Shown: piece by piece, positions 1 through 12,016 of the stretch | How positions within the stretch are numbered: the stretch's first letter is position 1 | How the letters are laid out: every line of letters begins with the position of its first letter | Assembly (NCBI GenBank): GCA_004431415.1 | Contig: QPMI01000416.1 | Span: forward strand, 124,001-188,000 | Source: Cyanophora paradoxa CCMP329 | Taxonomy: Eukaryota > Plantae > Glaucophyta | DNA: 64,000 bases | Direction: 5' to 3' | The notes under the pieces: generated by a model | The model's database searches: none | The model's input: the letters and a program-made list of their open reading frames with translations, nothing else | Told to the model about the DNA's origin: nothing | Translations under genes and position numbers: made by a program

Positions 1-2723
1 CGCCGGCAGACTGGCCCGCGGCCTTGTCCTTCTCCCCCCCGCCGACGCCGTTCTCCTGCAGGGGGACCGTCGAATCGGACCGGGTAGCGAAAGGGGGAGG
101 GGTACAGCATTTTAAGGGGGTACGGCGAACCTGGAGCAGGGCGAGCACGTCGGCCCGGCACATGGGGCACGTGAGGGAGCGCGAGAACCAGCCTTCGATG
201 CACCTGTACCCCACGGGATCGGGTCAGGGAGATCGAAGTGGGGGGGTACGGGGCCGCTTCGTTCGCACTTCTCGTGGTAGATGTGGATGCAGGGGAGGGC
301 GGCGGCGGTCTGGCCGGCGGAGAACTCGTCAAGGCAGACGTGGCAGCTCGCGTTCTCGCCGGCCAGCGGCCCTCCAACCTCGAAGAGGGGCAGCTGCGCC
401 ATCGCTACGCGCGCCCCCCGCGCCGTCTCTTCCGCTTGCTGCCGGGACTGTGAGCCCCGAAACGGACGCGTGGCCCGGAAAAAGCACCCGCTGCCGCTCT
501 GCTTCCCGCTCTTGAAGCGCGCCGGTCATCATAACCTGCGCGCGGAGGCTTCGAAACGCGCACAGCGGAGGCCGCACATTTGATCCGGGTCGCGCGCACC
601 CCCATGACCACGAAGGCGATGCGCTCGACGTCCCGCTGGAACACCTGAAGCTGCTGCGGCGACATGCCCGGCATGGTGATGGTGGCAGCCTCAGTCGACT
701 GCGGGCGCGCGTGCGCGTGCGCGCGTCAGCGAGGAAGCTTCGGAGAATCAAAAGGGCGCACCACGAAGTTGCGCAGATCTTCGAGGAGCCTCCGTGGTAT
801 CTCCATCGACTGTGGGGACGATCTCCGCTGGCGGCGCCGCGGCCGCTGCTGCTCCTCCGAACTGGTCTCGCCATCTGACTCGTCCCGCGCGCGGCGCCGG
901 CCCCTGGCGCGACGACGCGGCTGCAACGGTGCTGAGATTAGAGAAGCAAGGTCGCATCGATGGGAGCGCTCTCACCGTGCCCGGGGACCGGCCCTCTGAG
1001 CTGGCTGCGTTTGGGGCAGGAGCGCCGGAACTCTCGCTCTGAGCGCAGCGGGGATCGCAGTGAGCGGATCACTGGCATGCAGAATGCTCGACGAGAGCGG
1101 ATCCAGAGGCACCTCTGCAACCCTTTCCTGCCCGGCGGCCTGACTTGCTGTGGTTTCCCTCCGAGCCTGCGGCGCAGACGAGCTGGAGCCGGTGGCCGAT
1201 CCGTTATCCCGGGAGCTCTCCATTTGCAAGGTCTGCAGGCAATTGGCACTGCTGCGCGCTGAAGGGAAAGCTGCACGGCCTGCACGCCAGCGCCGCCGAC
1301 CGGCCGCCGTGCACGGCGAGCTGCTGTATGCTGTGGATCGGCTGAGCTGCGTAGCGGGCAGCCTGCTATGGCTGCTTTCTTCTCTTGACCGCGCGCACGG
1401 CGTACCCCTCCTCGCTCCCTGGACCCAGCTAGCGCTGCATGCATATGCATATGCGCAGAATTTGATCGCTCGACCGGGCCATGCATGGCGCTAGCGCTTG
1501 TAGGCGCTTCGAAGTTCGCGATCCTCGAGCGTGCACGTGCACGGCGTAGCACGTGCACGGACCCACAGCACGCCAGCGCTGCGGCCGCTAGCTCCTGCTG
1601 AGACGCCGCCCCACGCGTAGCTAGCGCTCCTCCGTACCGTAGTACGCGTACCGCAAGCTGGCGCCGTAGCCATGAGCGCTGCGCATGCGGCAGCCTCGCG
1701 CGAGGTGGGGTCCATGCTTTTGCCAGGGGCCCCTCCGGCATGGGGAGGGATCACGGGAGGGGCGGGCGCCGGCCGGGGCGCAGGCGCAGGCCGCCGGGCG
1801 CAGACGCAGGCGGGGGGAAGGGCGGCCTGTTCCGACACGGGCGAGGCCCGCGAGCACGAGACGAAGTCGGGGCAGGCATCAGAGGGGCGGGCGCCGGCCG
1901 GCGCCGGGGCGCGGGCGCAGGCGGGGGGAAGGGCGGCCTGTTCCGACACGGGCGAGGCCCGCGAGCCCGTATCACCAGAGGGGCGGGCCGGGGCGCAGCC
2001 TGGCAGGCGAGGGACGAGGAGGCGCAGCATGCCAGGGACCAGAAGGGCGGGTCGGGGCAGGCGCAGGCCGGGGGGGCGGGGGGGGGGGGGGGGGGGCGCC
2101 CAGGTGGGGGGGCGGGGGGGGGGGGGGGCGCCCAGGTCCTAGAGGGAGGCGAGGGAGGGGGGGCGAGGGAGGGCGGGGCCGAAGGAGGGCGGCTGCGAGC
2201 TAGACCTAGGGGCGGGACGGGGGGGCGGCCGGGCGAGGGCATCGAGGTCAGAGCCACGCCAGAGCGACCGCCGCGGACCCCGGCGGCGTCGCCCTCTGAG
2301 GCCTAGGCCCGAGGGGACCAACTGCAAGACCTGGGGTCCCGTCTCGCGAAGCAGCCGTCGCCCATAAGCAGGCGCCCTGGAAGCGGGGCCGCCCTCTGCG
2401 TCTGTGTGAGGGAGGCCCGGGGTACAGGGAGGGCAGGAGTCGGACCAGCATTGGGATTCGCAGAGCTGGAGGGGAGGAGAGGGCGGGTGCCTTCAACTCG
2501 TCTCGGGCGATCTCGAAGGTCGAGGGTCGAGAGCCTGGCGGGGGTACGGATGAGCTCGCGGCGGACGCGAGGAGGGGGTGCGGGGGTACCGATGTGGGGC
2601 GGCGGGGGGGTACAGGGAGGGGACGTCGACCTCGCCGAAGGGAGTCCCGCAGAGGACAGGAGCTCCGCAGGCAAGCACCTGGGTACGGGATAAGGAGGGG
2701 GTACGTGGATTCCAGGGCGAGCA
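1..2723 (-). CDS. RING-H2 zinc finger E3 ubiquitin ligase (multi-exon; 3' end runs off the window; 5' exons uncertain)
   Basis: Exons ~280-400 (CHVCLDEFSAGQTAAALPCIHIYHEK) and ~131-203 (CIEGWFSRSLTCPMCR) splice into a complete C-x2-C...C-x-H-x2-H-x2-C...C-x2-C RING-H2. Upstream low-complexity exons with canonical borders extend to ~1230, and tentatively to an ATG near 2723. Confidence 0.8.
1770..1990. repeat. ~111-bp tandem duplication
   Basis: GCAGGCGGGGGGAAGGGCGGCCTGTTCCGACACGGGCGAGGCCCGCGAGC occurs at 1806 and at 1917. Confidence 0.9.
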
Positions 2724-3004
2724 TCGTACCCGGGTGAAATGCGTTTCGAAGCGTGGAGGGAAAGCGAATCGGGGCGGGGGAGAAGGGGCAGGCGCCGGGG
2801 GAAGGGGAGAGAGGGGGGGGGGGGGGGGGGGGGGGGCGCACGGGAACTGCGTTTAGGGGGGAAAGCTAAGCCTGCCTAGAATTCTAAGCGAGCCCGATCC
2901 CAGAGAGCACGGCCACGCCGAAAGATGAGGGGTATCGTTGAATTGCGAAAAGACATCATACATAAGACAAGGAGCGCCGCGGCCCCCGCGGCCCCAAGGG
3001 ACGC

Positions 3005-4212
3005 CTACAGGTTCTGGATGCCTGCCGCCTCGTCGGCATCCAGTAACTGAGCCGCGAACGAAGAACAACGGCGTACCCTGGATCTTGTGGAAGTTGCGCT
3101 TGTGGACGCGCTCCGCGGCGGCGCCCCACTCCTCGAGCTGCTTGAGGTCCGCCTCCGAGAGGCCCTCCCGGAAGGCGGCCTTCTCGGCCTCGGTCCGCTT
3201 GACGTAGTCGCCGGTCCAGAGCTCCACAAAGTCGTAGGAGAAGCCCAGCTCGCCCTCGTCGGTCTGGCCGTCCCACAGGTCCGCGCTCGGCGGCGCCTTC
3301 CGCGTGTTCTCTGCCAGATTTGATCCGGTCTTAGAGAGCGAGGAGGCAGGTTGGATTGATGGGGAGCGGCGCCGGCGGCGGGTGTACCCGGGACGCCGAC
3401 GGCGGCAGCGACCTTGAAGACCTCGCTCTTGTGCAGGTCGCTGATCAGCTGAACGTCCACCACGCCGTCGCCCGCCTTGCAGAAGTACGCGAGGTACCCG
3501 TCCTCGTCCATGTTGCCCGTACCCATCACGATCGCCGGCGAGCCTGCGCGGCACGGGGCTCAGAGAGTAGAGAAGGAGAGGAGAGAGGCGCGGCTAAGAT
3601 TACTAAGCACCGTTGCAGGAGTAGAGCTGGGCGACGTAGTAACCGCAGGGCGTGCGCATGTAAGAGCGGAGCTGCCCGCGCGCGAAGTCGTTGCCCTGCA
3701 GCTTGGCGGCGCCCTCGATGCGAGCGCAGAGCTGCGTGTGGAGGTCCGTCTGGTCCACGACGACGAGATCCGCGCCGACCGCGGCCACATTCTCCTTGCC
3801 GCGCTCGAGCGCCCACGCGGAGGAGTGGATGGGCTGGCACACGCCGACGTTGTGAGTGATCGGCGAGCCAGGCATCTTCTGAGCGTGGCCGCACAGCGCG
3901 AGAATAACCTGGTGCGGGAGAGGCGGCGATTACGAAGGGGCGCCAACGCGTGCGGCAGCGCTCACCGCAGAGTCGATGCCGCCGCTAACGCTGGTCACGC
4001 ACGCCTTGAGCCCGCACTTCTTCATGTAGTCGTTGAGCTTGGCACACTTCATCTCAATCCACGCCTTCGGGTCGAACGCGCGCTTGGCGCGGTACTCGGC
4101 GAGGCGCTTCTCTGCGCGGAAGGTCAGCGGCGGGCAACGTCGGGAGATGCACGGGCGGCCGCGGCGGCGAACCCAGGCCCGGCTGGAGCTTGGGAATCTC
4201 GGCGTTCGTCAT
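3005..4212 (-). CDS. nadE: NH3-dependent NAD+ synthetase (single domain, multi-exon)
   Basis: Spliced motifs: VTSVSGGIDSA (SGGxDS PP-loop), ARGQLRSYMRTP, GTGNMDEDGYLAYFCKAGDGVVDVQLISDLHKSEV, APPSADLWDGQTDEGELGFSYD, HKRNFHK. ATG at 4212 (MTNAEIPKL); stop at 3005. No N-terminal nitrilase/glutaminase domain. Confidence 0.92.
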
Positions 4213-4651
4213 CGCTGACTCTCGGGAGAGGCTGTGAACTTCCGGCGGCGGCCGAGAACGAGGCCGCGAACGTGGGAGCCTTCTCTGAGCCCTGGACGAC
4301 TTGCGCTACAGCTGCTGGTGGGTCGCTAAGATGAGCGGGAGTCTGGGGGTGTCGTACCCCTCCACGCTGCGGCTGACGGCGGCTCCATGCGCGGCCGCGC
4401 CCGGCGCGTCGATTTCCGGCTGGTTGTACGACGGAAGAGTACAACGCTAGCGTTACTCACCGGCGTCGACGTCAGCTGACCTTGGCCTTGCAATTGTCCA
4501 TGGACAGCTGACCTCGTCACCTGACCAGCGTCTCGCCGACTGTGATCCAACACACTTTGACGCCTAAACGCGGGGCCGGGTCGCTCGCTCGCTGCAGCTC
4601 AGCGCGCGTACCGTGCGAGGATTACATATCCGCGGCCGTGCCGTCGCAACC

Positions 4652-5523
4652 ATGTCCGAAGTGGTGCGCATGCTGTAGCGCCGTCGCCGCACCGCGGCCG
4701 AGACGCCCGGCCCGCGGCCGCGGCCGCCGCGCTATAGCTAGCTATAGCCGCGGCCGGCGCCCCGCGGCGCCCCGGCCGTGGCCCGGCCCGGCTGCGTTCG
4801 CCCTACCGCGTACGAGCTCACTGGGCCGCGCAGCGCGTTTTCGTCATCCGGCGCCCCCTCAACGGGATGGGCAGCACGCCCGTGCGAGGCGTCGCGCACA
4901 GCGCGCTCCTCATCCAGGAAGGCTCCGTTTACTGGGTCGTTGAGTACATGCATGAGTGCGTACGCCTATAAGAGCTGCCTGGGCCGCGCCGGGAGCGGAG
5001 CCGCGGAGCGCTAGCTCGACTGCTCACGCCCGCCGCAGCAGCCGAGTTCACCGCTGGAACGCGGGCGCGATGTCAGTGCTGGAGACGAACGCGGCGAAGC
5101 GCTTTCAGAAGGTGAAGTTCAGCGGCGATCGAGGCGGCTTTGTCTGGGAGAAGCAGCTGTCGGGGGCGCCGGCGCCGGCGGGCAAGAACGCTCTGGCGGC
5201 CGAGCAGGACATGCGAAGGCTGATGGACGGGGACCGCTACGAAATCGCGAACAACCACGTCTGTCACAGGGCTCAGGTGCGCCTATCGATCTAGATGTAG
5301 ACGTAGATCTAGATCTAGCGCTAGCGGCCATCTAGATCTAGATCTCCGAGTCTCGTCCGGCAACTGGCGAACTTCGAATTTGGAAGCTGAAATGAAGTCA
5401 TGACAGGAACGGGTCCGTGTGGAGTGGGGCCTTCTGCCCCGGAGCCAAGCCCACTGGGGGTACGGCTTGTCATCGGCCGACATAGAACGCATGCGTCTAG
5501 AGTACGATCTGCCCACAATCTAA
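4652..5523 (+). CDS. small protein, probable permuted papain-like (PPPDE/LRAT-like) hydrolase
   Basis: Four exons: MSEV | RVFVIRRPLNGMGSTPVRGVAHSALLIQEGSVYWVVEYMH | SRVHRW...GDRYEIANNHVCHRAQ | ERVRVEWGLL...YDLPTI*. An early His in HSALL and a late Y-x-NNHVC resemble the His-before-Cys order of permuted NlpC/P60 enzymes. The family call is inference. Confidence 0.5.
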
Positions 5524-5839
5524 TTGCACGGGATACTTAGTACGGTAGCTTCTCAGAATGTGTAGAAAGATTTGACGATATATATCAGCGCCATCGGGCT
5601 TCGGGGAAGCGGGAGAGAGAAAAAAATTAAATGGGGGGGGGGAAGCAAGGGGGAGGAATGCAGCGGCACGTGCACGGCCGCGGAGTCACTGAGTGGTAGG
5701 GAAAGATAGCGAAGTGTTGGGGGGGGGGGGGGGGGAGGGGGGAGGGGAGGGGATGGGGGGGGTGGCCGCCCGCAGTGCAGTGCCTGGCGGCCGGGCCCGG
5801 GGCCGTGCGGCGCAAGGAGCCAAATCAGCTCGAGCCCGA

Positions 5840-6926
5840 TTAGTGGCTCTCGGGGTCCGTGTTGGGCCCCACCGCGAGGTGCTCGAAGCGGGCCTGATAT
5901 CGATCACGACCGGATCCGGTCAGCGAGCTCGAGGACAAGCGCAGAGCCAAGCTCAGGCTAAAGCAGGTAGCTACGTATACGCGCCTTGAAGCCGGCGCGC
6001 TCGGGCGAGCACGCCATGACCCCGACCCAGCACTCCGCCTTCTCCCCCAGCTCGGGGAACCACCCCACGCGGAGCTGCATGCGCACCGTGACGTCACGGT
6101 CGGGAGGGGCGGATGCCGGGGGGGGGGGGTACGGGCGCACCATGGTCCAGGGGTCCTTCGCGCCTTCGGGGAGGGGCCCCCGCGGGTCCTCGGCGGTCGA
6201 GTAGCTCACCTGAGCCTCACCTGAGACGGGGCGCGGAGGGCGCGGGGCCGGGGGTACAGATTCGACGGGGGCGGGGTGCGGGGGTGCCGCACCTCTAGGC
6301 TGTCCTTGCCGCGGCGGAGCCTGACCCACAGGAACGGCGGGTTGCCGTGCAGCGGCGCGACCGACCTTCGTACGGGTACAGGCAAGAAATCAGCCTGGCT
6401 CGCAGAGCGCGAAGGACGGGGCGGGGTTCGGGCGCGCAAGGGCACCAGTCGGAGCGGCCGTTCGTGAGGACGGCGGAGGCGTACTGTACCCCCTCCACGT
6501 ACTCAACGCCGCATTTGATCCACGTCTGCTCGTCGATGCGCGCCATGAGTCCCGCCTGGTCGTACTCCACACTGTACTCGGCTGCGAGCGATTCGAATGA
6601 GTGAAATTGAACCAAGGGCTTTGTTTCGAATCCCGCACCGACGACTTTGACGACCGCTTCGAAGGCTCCGCTGGCGCGCGTTCCGTAGAAGTGGCCGTTG
6701 TCGCGCAGGAAGCCGTACGACGTCTTCCGCCAGAAATCCGAGTTGCTGCGCACGACCGGAGAGCAGCTCAGGCCTCCGAGACTCGCGCGTGAACACGCCC
6801 GGGCGCGGCTCCGGTGGCGGGGGCGCACTTCGCGGACTCAAGCGTGATCACCGCGCCATCATCCGTCCAATGTGGCGGTTCTGCTACCACCCAGCTCCAT
6901 TCCGAGACCTTCCGGCCGGTCGTCAT
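5840..6926 (-). CDS. DUF1349 (REE1-like, ConA-like fold) protein
   Basis: Exons encode SDFWRKTSYGFLRDNGHF, YDQAGLMARIDEQTWIKCGVEYVEGVQYASAVLTNGRSDW, WVRLRRGKDSLEV, VGVMACSPERAGFK|ARFEHL, all typical of DUF1349. Confidence 0.88.
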
Positions 6927-7398
6927 CGCGGTCGTAGCTGCCGCGAGCGGGTCAGCTTCGCATGTGCTGCGCCGCGTACGCGGGGCGTGCCTGATGCTCT
7001 CGTGGCGCGCGGGCGGTCCGACGGAACAAGCGTAGCTAATAGAACAGATACGACACAGAGGAGGAGCGCCGGCCCCGCTCGTAGCGCCGTGGCAAGGTTC
7101 GATGGTCGAGACTTCGGCTTCTGTGCTCGGATCCCGCTGCACGTTCAGTGCAGAGTCGACAAGCTGAACCTTGCTGAAGCAAGACGGCGGCAGTGAGCCG
7201 ACCCCGCTGAACAGTCCGTACCCCTGCCCAGCTTCATCTCCTTAGGAGCGACGAAAACTCGGCTGAAACTCGGCTCTCTCCGAGCGGCGAACGATCCCTG
7301 AAGGCGCTGTGCAGCCTACGTAGCGTACGATACTTCCGGTTCCTGGGAGCGCCGATCAGCGTATACGTATTGGCCGCTCAGGGCCGCGGCGGGACGCC

Positions 7399-8702
7399 AT
7401 GTCTCGGTTGCCGTGGGAGTTCTGGAGTACCTCGGATCCTCACCTGACGGAATCCGAGGCGCGTGCCGTATACTGCTCGCTGGCCTGTCCGCGTTCACAT
7501 GCGACTGTCCGCCGCTCCCGCCTTGACCCGCCTCCCGCCGCACAGGCGGCCACGTGGTCGTCGCGCTTGACTAGCGCTAACGAGGAGCTGAACCGGCTCT
7601 GGGCAGCGTACACGGCCGCCGGCGATTCCTGGCACATCCAAGACAGGCAGAACCTGCTCAATCGCATAAAGGAAGCGCGGGCGGAACTGGCGAAGGTGCT
7701 CGAGGGCACGATCAGCGTGTGCGAGCGGCGGTGCGCCTCTGCATTCGCGAAGCCGCGCCTTCGCATTCCAACGCGCGCGTGCAGGGCCGACGGCGCTCTG
7801 AAGAAGACGCTGGTTACCTTCTCGGAGGATATCGGACAGAATGTGGTCAATGTGCGCTCCGCGCGCCTCATTCGCTGCGGGCGCGCGGCCGTCCGACGCT
7901 GCGCTGGGCGCACGCGCAGAGCACGCATTCGATCCGGCGCGAGGAGGAGAGTCTGACGATCGAGAACGTGCTTCTGGCGCTGACACGCGAGGCTAGCGAT
8001 TTGGCTCAGACCGTAGACTCGAGCCCCGATCTGCGCCCGCACGGCGCGCTGGCGCGCCTCGTCGATTGCTCCTCCAGACTCGGTGCGACCGCTGCTCTAC
8101 GCCGGGCCCCTCGCCGATGCCACCGCGCGCAGCCCAGGATATGGCGATCTTCCGTCGAACGAAGGGATCCCTGTTCACGCAGGCGCAGTCCGCGCACCTG
8201 CGTCGGGTGCGCCCGCTTCGCGCCCGCCCCGCGCCCGCCCGGACCGGCGCCCGACGCGCGGCAGGCCGAGGGGCTCGTGGAGAGCGCTCGCAAGACCCTG
8301 GAGGTCATCGCCAGCTCTATGGGCGAGCAGGGCGAAGCCGAGCGGCTGCAGGCGCGTACCCCTTTCCCCGCGGCCCCCTCCCAGTTGTTGACGGTACCCC
8401 GCAGCGGATCGGATCGATGTCTCGCGCGCGGAACAGCCCCAACCCGCTGGGCGACGGGCCGGTTCGTCCCGCCCGGGTACTGCGACTGCATTGTAGGAGG
8501 TGCTGGCTGACCGGAGTCACAGGAAACCGCGCACCCCCCTTCCTCGTCCGCCGATTCCAAGTCGTCGCGGAACCTGTACCCCCCAACCTCATCTCTCTAC
8601 CCCCGACCCTCTTCCTCCGAGCAGCAGGCGTCGTACCCCAGGCCCCAGGACGCGCAGCCGTATCCCCCCGAGCCGCGTACTGGGAACGGATCTTTCTACG
8701 CT

Positions 8703-8745
<43 letters not shown>

Positions 8746-10331
8746 GGAACCAGTCGCAGCGACACCTCAACGGGAACGCCTACCCCCCTCAAGCGCATCA
8801 TCCGTATCCCCCGCAGCCTCAGTCGCAGTACAGCCCACAGCCCCAGCCCCCGTATCCCCTTCCGAACCCCTACCCCCCGCAAGCGCACGGGCAGTACGGG
8901 CAGGGGTACCGCCCGCCTCCTCCTCCGGGCCCGCCGCCCCCCCAGAACCCGGCCTACGAGCAGCCCTCGCGCGTCTCCCCGTACCCCCCTCAGCCCTCCT
9001 CCCACTCTTCGGCGTACCCGCCGCACCAGGCGGGCTCCAGCAACTCGCCGTACCCCCCGCAGCCGTCCTCCCACGGCCCCTTCGTCGGCCTCCCCGCCTC
9101 CTACGACACGTACCCCTCCCAGCGCCTCTCCCCGCAGCCGCCGTACCCCTCGGCGCCCCCTGCCGCGGCCCCACCCGCGTACCCCTCTTCGGCGCCTCCC
9201 CCACAGGTCTTCCGCCCGAAGCCGCAGCCGCCTCCCGGCGCGCCCCCCGCCCGCCCCGCAGTCGCGGCGGAGACCCCCGCCGGCGGAAGCCTGTACCCCT
9301 CCCTGGAATCGTCCCCCTCCTCCCCCACCTCCCCCACCGGTGGTCTCCGGAGCCGCTCTGTGAGCCGCCCACCAGAGCCGATGGACGGGTACACGCTCGT
9401 GCGGGTCCGCGGGGACGGCCGCTGCATGTTCCGCGCAGTCGTCCAGGGCCGGCGCGTACCCCTCTTCGCCTCCTTCCCCCTCTCGGGCTCACGCTCTCCG
9501 CAGGGCCCTCAACGAAGGCTTCAGGCTGGGGGAGGAACGGGAGAAGTTGGAGGCGGACGTGGGTTCGAATCCCGCCCCGCCCCTTTCCTTCCTTGCCTCA
9601 GATGTGATCTGATCTGAGTCTCGGGCTTGTTTGCAGCTCGGCGCAGGGTTGTCCAGGTCATGCAGCGCATGGCCCCCGAGTTCGCCGAGCAGGGCATCCT
9701 CGGTGGGACTACCCCCCAGCGCCTTCTCCCCCCCCTCCCCCGTTCTCACTCTTCCCCCCCCCTCTCTCGCAGAGGAGGACGTGCCCACGTACCTCGAGTC
9801 CGTCCCTCGGCGGGGGCACTCTGTTCTTCTCGTCTGACTTGGTATACCCCTGTCCAGGAAGCTCGCGAAGCCGGACACGTACACAGGCGAGTGCGAGATG
9901 CTCGTTCTCACTCACGTCGTCGAGGTCCGTACCCCCCGTCCCCGGCGATGCTGTACCCCCCCCCTCCCCCCCGACCGGGCGGGCCGCAGGCGCCCATCTT
10001 CGTTTACGTCAAGGGCGGACCGAATGTGCTCCTCCAGATCCAGCAGGTGTACCCCTTCCTTCTTCCCCCCGCCCCTTCCCTTCACATCCTTACCCCGGCG
10101 GCAGTACGGCGAGCTGTACCCCCGGCAGCCGATTCGAGTGCTCTACGATGGCGGAGGTGCGCCGGCGCCGGTCGAACGCAGGGCTCGGGGCTCGGGGCGC
10201 TGACGCTTACGGGCGGGTTGTGGGGTACAGGCAAGCACTACGACCTGCTGGTACTCCCGGATCTCGTGAAGGCCGCGCGGGAAGTGAACGAGGTACCCGG
10301 ATCGAACGAGGGCGGCTGCAAGCAGATGTGA
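7399..10331 (+). CDS. OTU-domain deubiquitinase with N-terminal helical region and Pro/Tyr/Gln-rich linker
   Basis: Cys box YTLVRVRGDGRCMFRAVVQG (~9390-9450), GECEMLVLTH, PIFVYVK, YGELYPRQPIRVLYDGG|KHYDLL (His box). Stop at 10331; a polyQ (CAG)n tract is at ~8705-8743. Confidence 0.85.
8705..8743 (+). repeat. (CAG)n microsatellite, coding polyQ
   Basis: Run of consecutive CAG triplets inside the OTU gene exon. Confidence 0.9.
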
Positions 10332-10550
10332 GGCTCTTTTACCGCAGCTAGAGCTCGAGTACGCTCAGATGCAGAGTACAATGTAATATAGCAGAGTGGC
10401 CATGTCGATGGATGTACAGATCGTATAGATTTAGATGCAAAGATCTAGTATGTACGCGTTTCATCTTGAACTGAACAAGGAACGAAATCATGATCAAGAC
10501 GGCAATCTAGACTGCAGCTGTAGCTAGGATTCTCTAGCCCAGGGGCCGAG

Positions 10551-11647
10551 CTACGCCCTCCTGCGGATCTCGAAGATGCGGTGCCCCGTGTCCGCGTGCG
10601 AGAAGCCCTTCTCGCCCAGCAGCCCGAAGAAGACCTGCAGGGGTACGCGTTTTACGGAGGCCTAGGAGTTGCAGAAGAAGCTTGCAGGGGTACAGGCAGC
10701 GGACCGCACCTTCTCGTCGTCGATGCGCCGGCGCCAGCCCATTAGAAAGAAGACCTCGCGTCGCGAGGGGGGTAGCAGCTTCTCCAGGGTCTCCACGAGC
10801 GCGGGGTACGATTTTACATCTGCAGGGGGGCCCGCTCGAGGGGGTACGGGGTACGGCGGTCTCGGGGGGTACGGACACAGAAGGATGTCGCTCGCGACGA
10901 CAACATCGAAGGTGCGGTCGGCGGGGAAGGGCGTGCCCCACGTGTCTGCGCGGGGAGCGCTCGCTGGGGGGTACTGCCGTGCGGGGCGCGGGTCGGAAGG
11001 GGTACGGCGCACGAGGGATGTACGGAAGCTCGACTTCGTTCGCGGTCGCGTTGAAGCGTACGTTCTCCTCGATCTGAGGCGGGGCGGGGGGGGGGTACGG
11101 GTCAGCGGGGCCGGGCTACCACAAGGCACCTTCCCCCTCTCCTTCCTCCCGCGTGACTCACCTCGGGATCGTCGTAATCGGAGGCGGTCACGTCGAGACC
11201 GTGCTTCTGCGGGGGAATACGGGGCTCGACTGCAGGGAGGGGTACGCGATCCAGAGCTTGCGCGGGCCGCGGGAGGCACCTTCAGAAAGATGGAGAGGAT
11301 GCCCGTCGCGGATCCCTGCGCGACGCCGCTCGCACTTCGTTTTATCGTCTCTACGAAAACGCGACGCACGAGCTCAATGATGCGCTTCCCGCGGAACCGC
11401 TCGACGTTGTTTAGGATGTACTGACAGACGCCCTCGTTCCCCGGCCAGACGTAGTTCGCGTTCAGCGGATGGAAATCGAACTGGCGGCTGCGAGCGCGGC
11501 GCGATTCGATCCAGGGAGCGCACAGAGTTCGAGGGGCGCGCACATCTTCAGGGCGGTGCCGGCGAGGACGACCTCTTTCGTCTCGTACTGCGGCTCGGAC
11601 GTCTCGCCGTCGAGGTTGAAAGGGATGAACGGATCGAAGTCTGCCAT
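10551..11647 (-). CDS. family-16 (METTL21/METTL23-like) protein methyltransferase
   Basis: ANYVWPG, FRGKRIIEL|GSATGILSIFL (SAM motif I), DVTASDYDD, WG...FDVVVASDILL|Y, YPALVETL. ATG at 11647; stop at 10551. Confidence 0.9.
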
Positions 11648-12016
11648 CGGGCGGGGCGCGCGCGCGGCGGAGCGCTTGCCGCCACCGCTTTGGTGCTGCC
11701 GGCCTCTCTCGAGCTGGCTGGGCGCGCCGAGCTTTAGCTATGAGGTCTTGAGGCCACAATTAGTCCTCCAGCGCGCTCTCGCTCGCGGGATTGCGATGTC
11801 TGGTTCGCCCGCTTGATCGCAGCAGAGGTGGCGATCCGCTGTAGGCAGCTCGCTGGAGATCGGCGCGGGCGGATCGCTCCAAAAGCCGCAGCTACAATGA
11901 CTCCACACAAGCTACAATGCTGTCTGCAGCGAGCTCGAGCTTGTGGCGGCAGGGCCGGGGTACCCCGGTACGTTCGCAAACGGCTTAGCCCGCAGCTACA
12001 GGGTCGCAGCCCGCGC

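Noticed and set aside
2070-2130. Long poly-G/poly-C runs (also 2810-2836, 35262-35290, 35941-35970, 53930-53950) as special elements
   Set aside because: Common intronic homopolymers throughout the window; their lengths are unreliable in assemblies.
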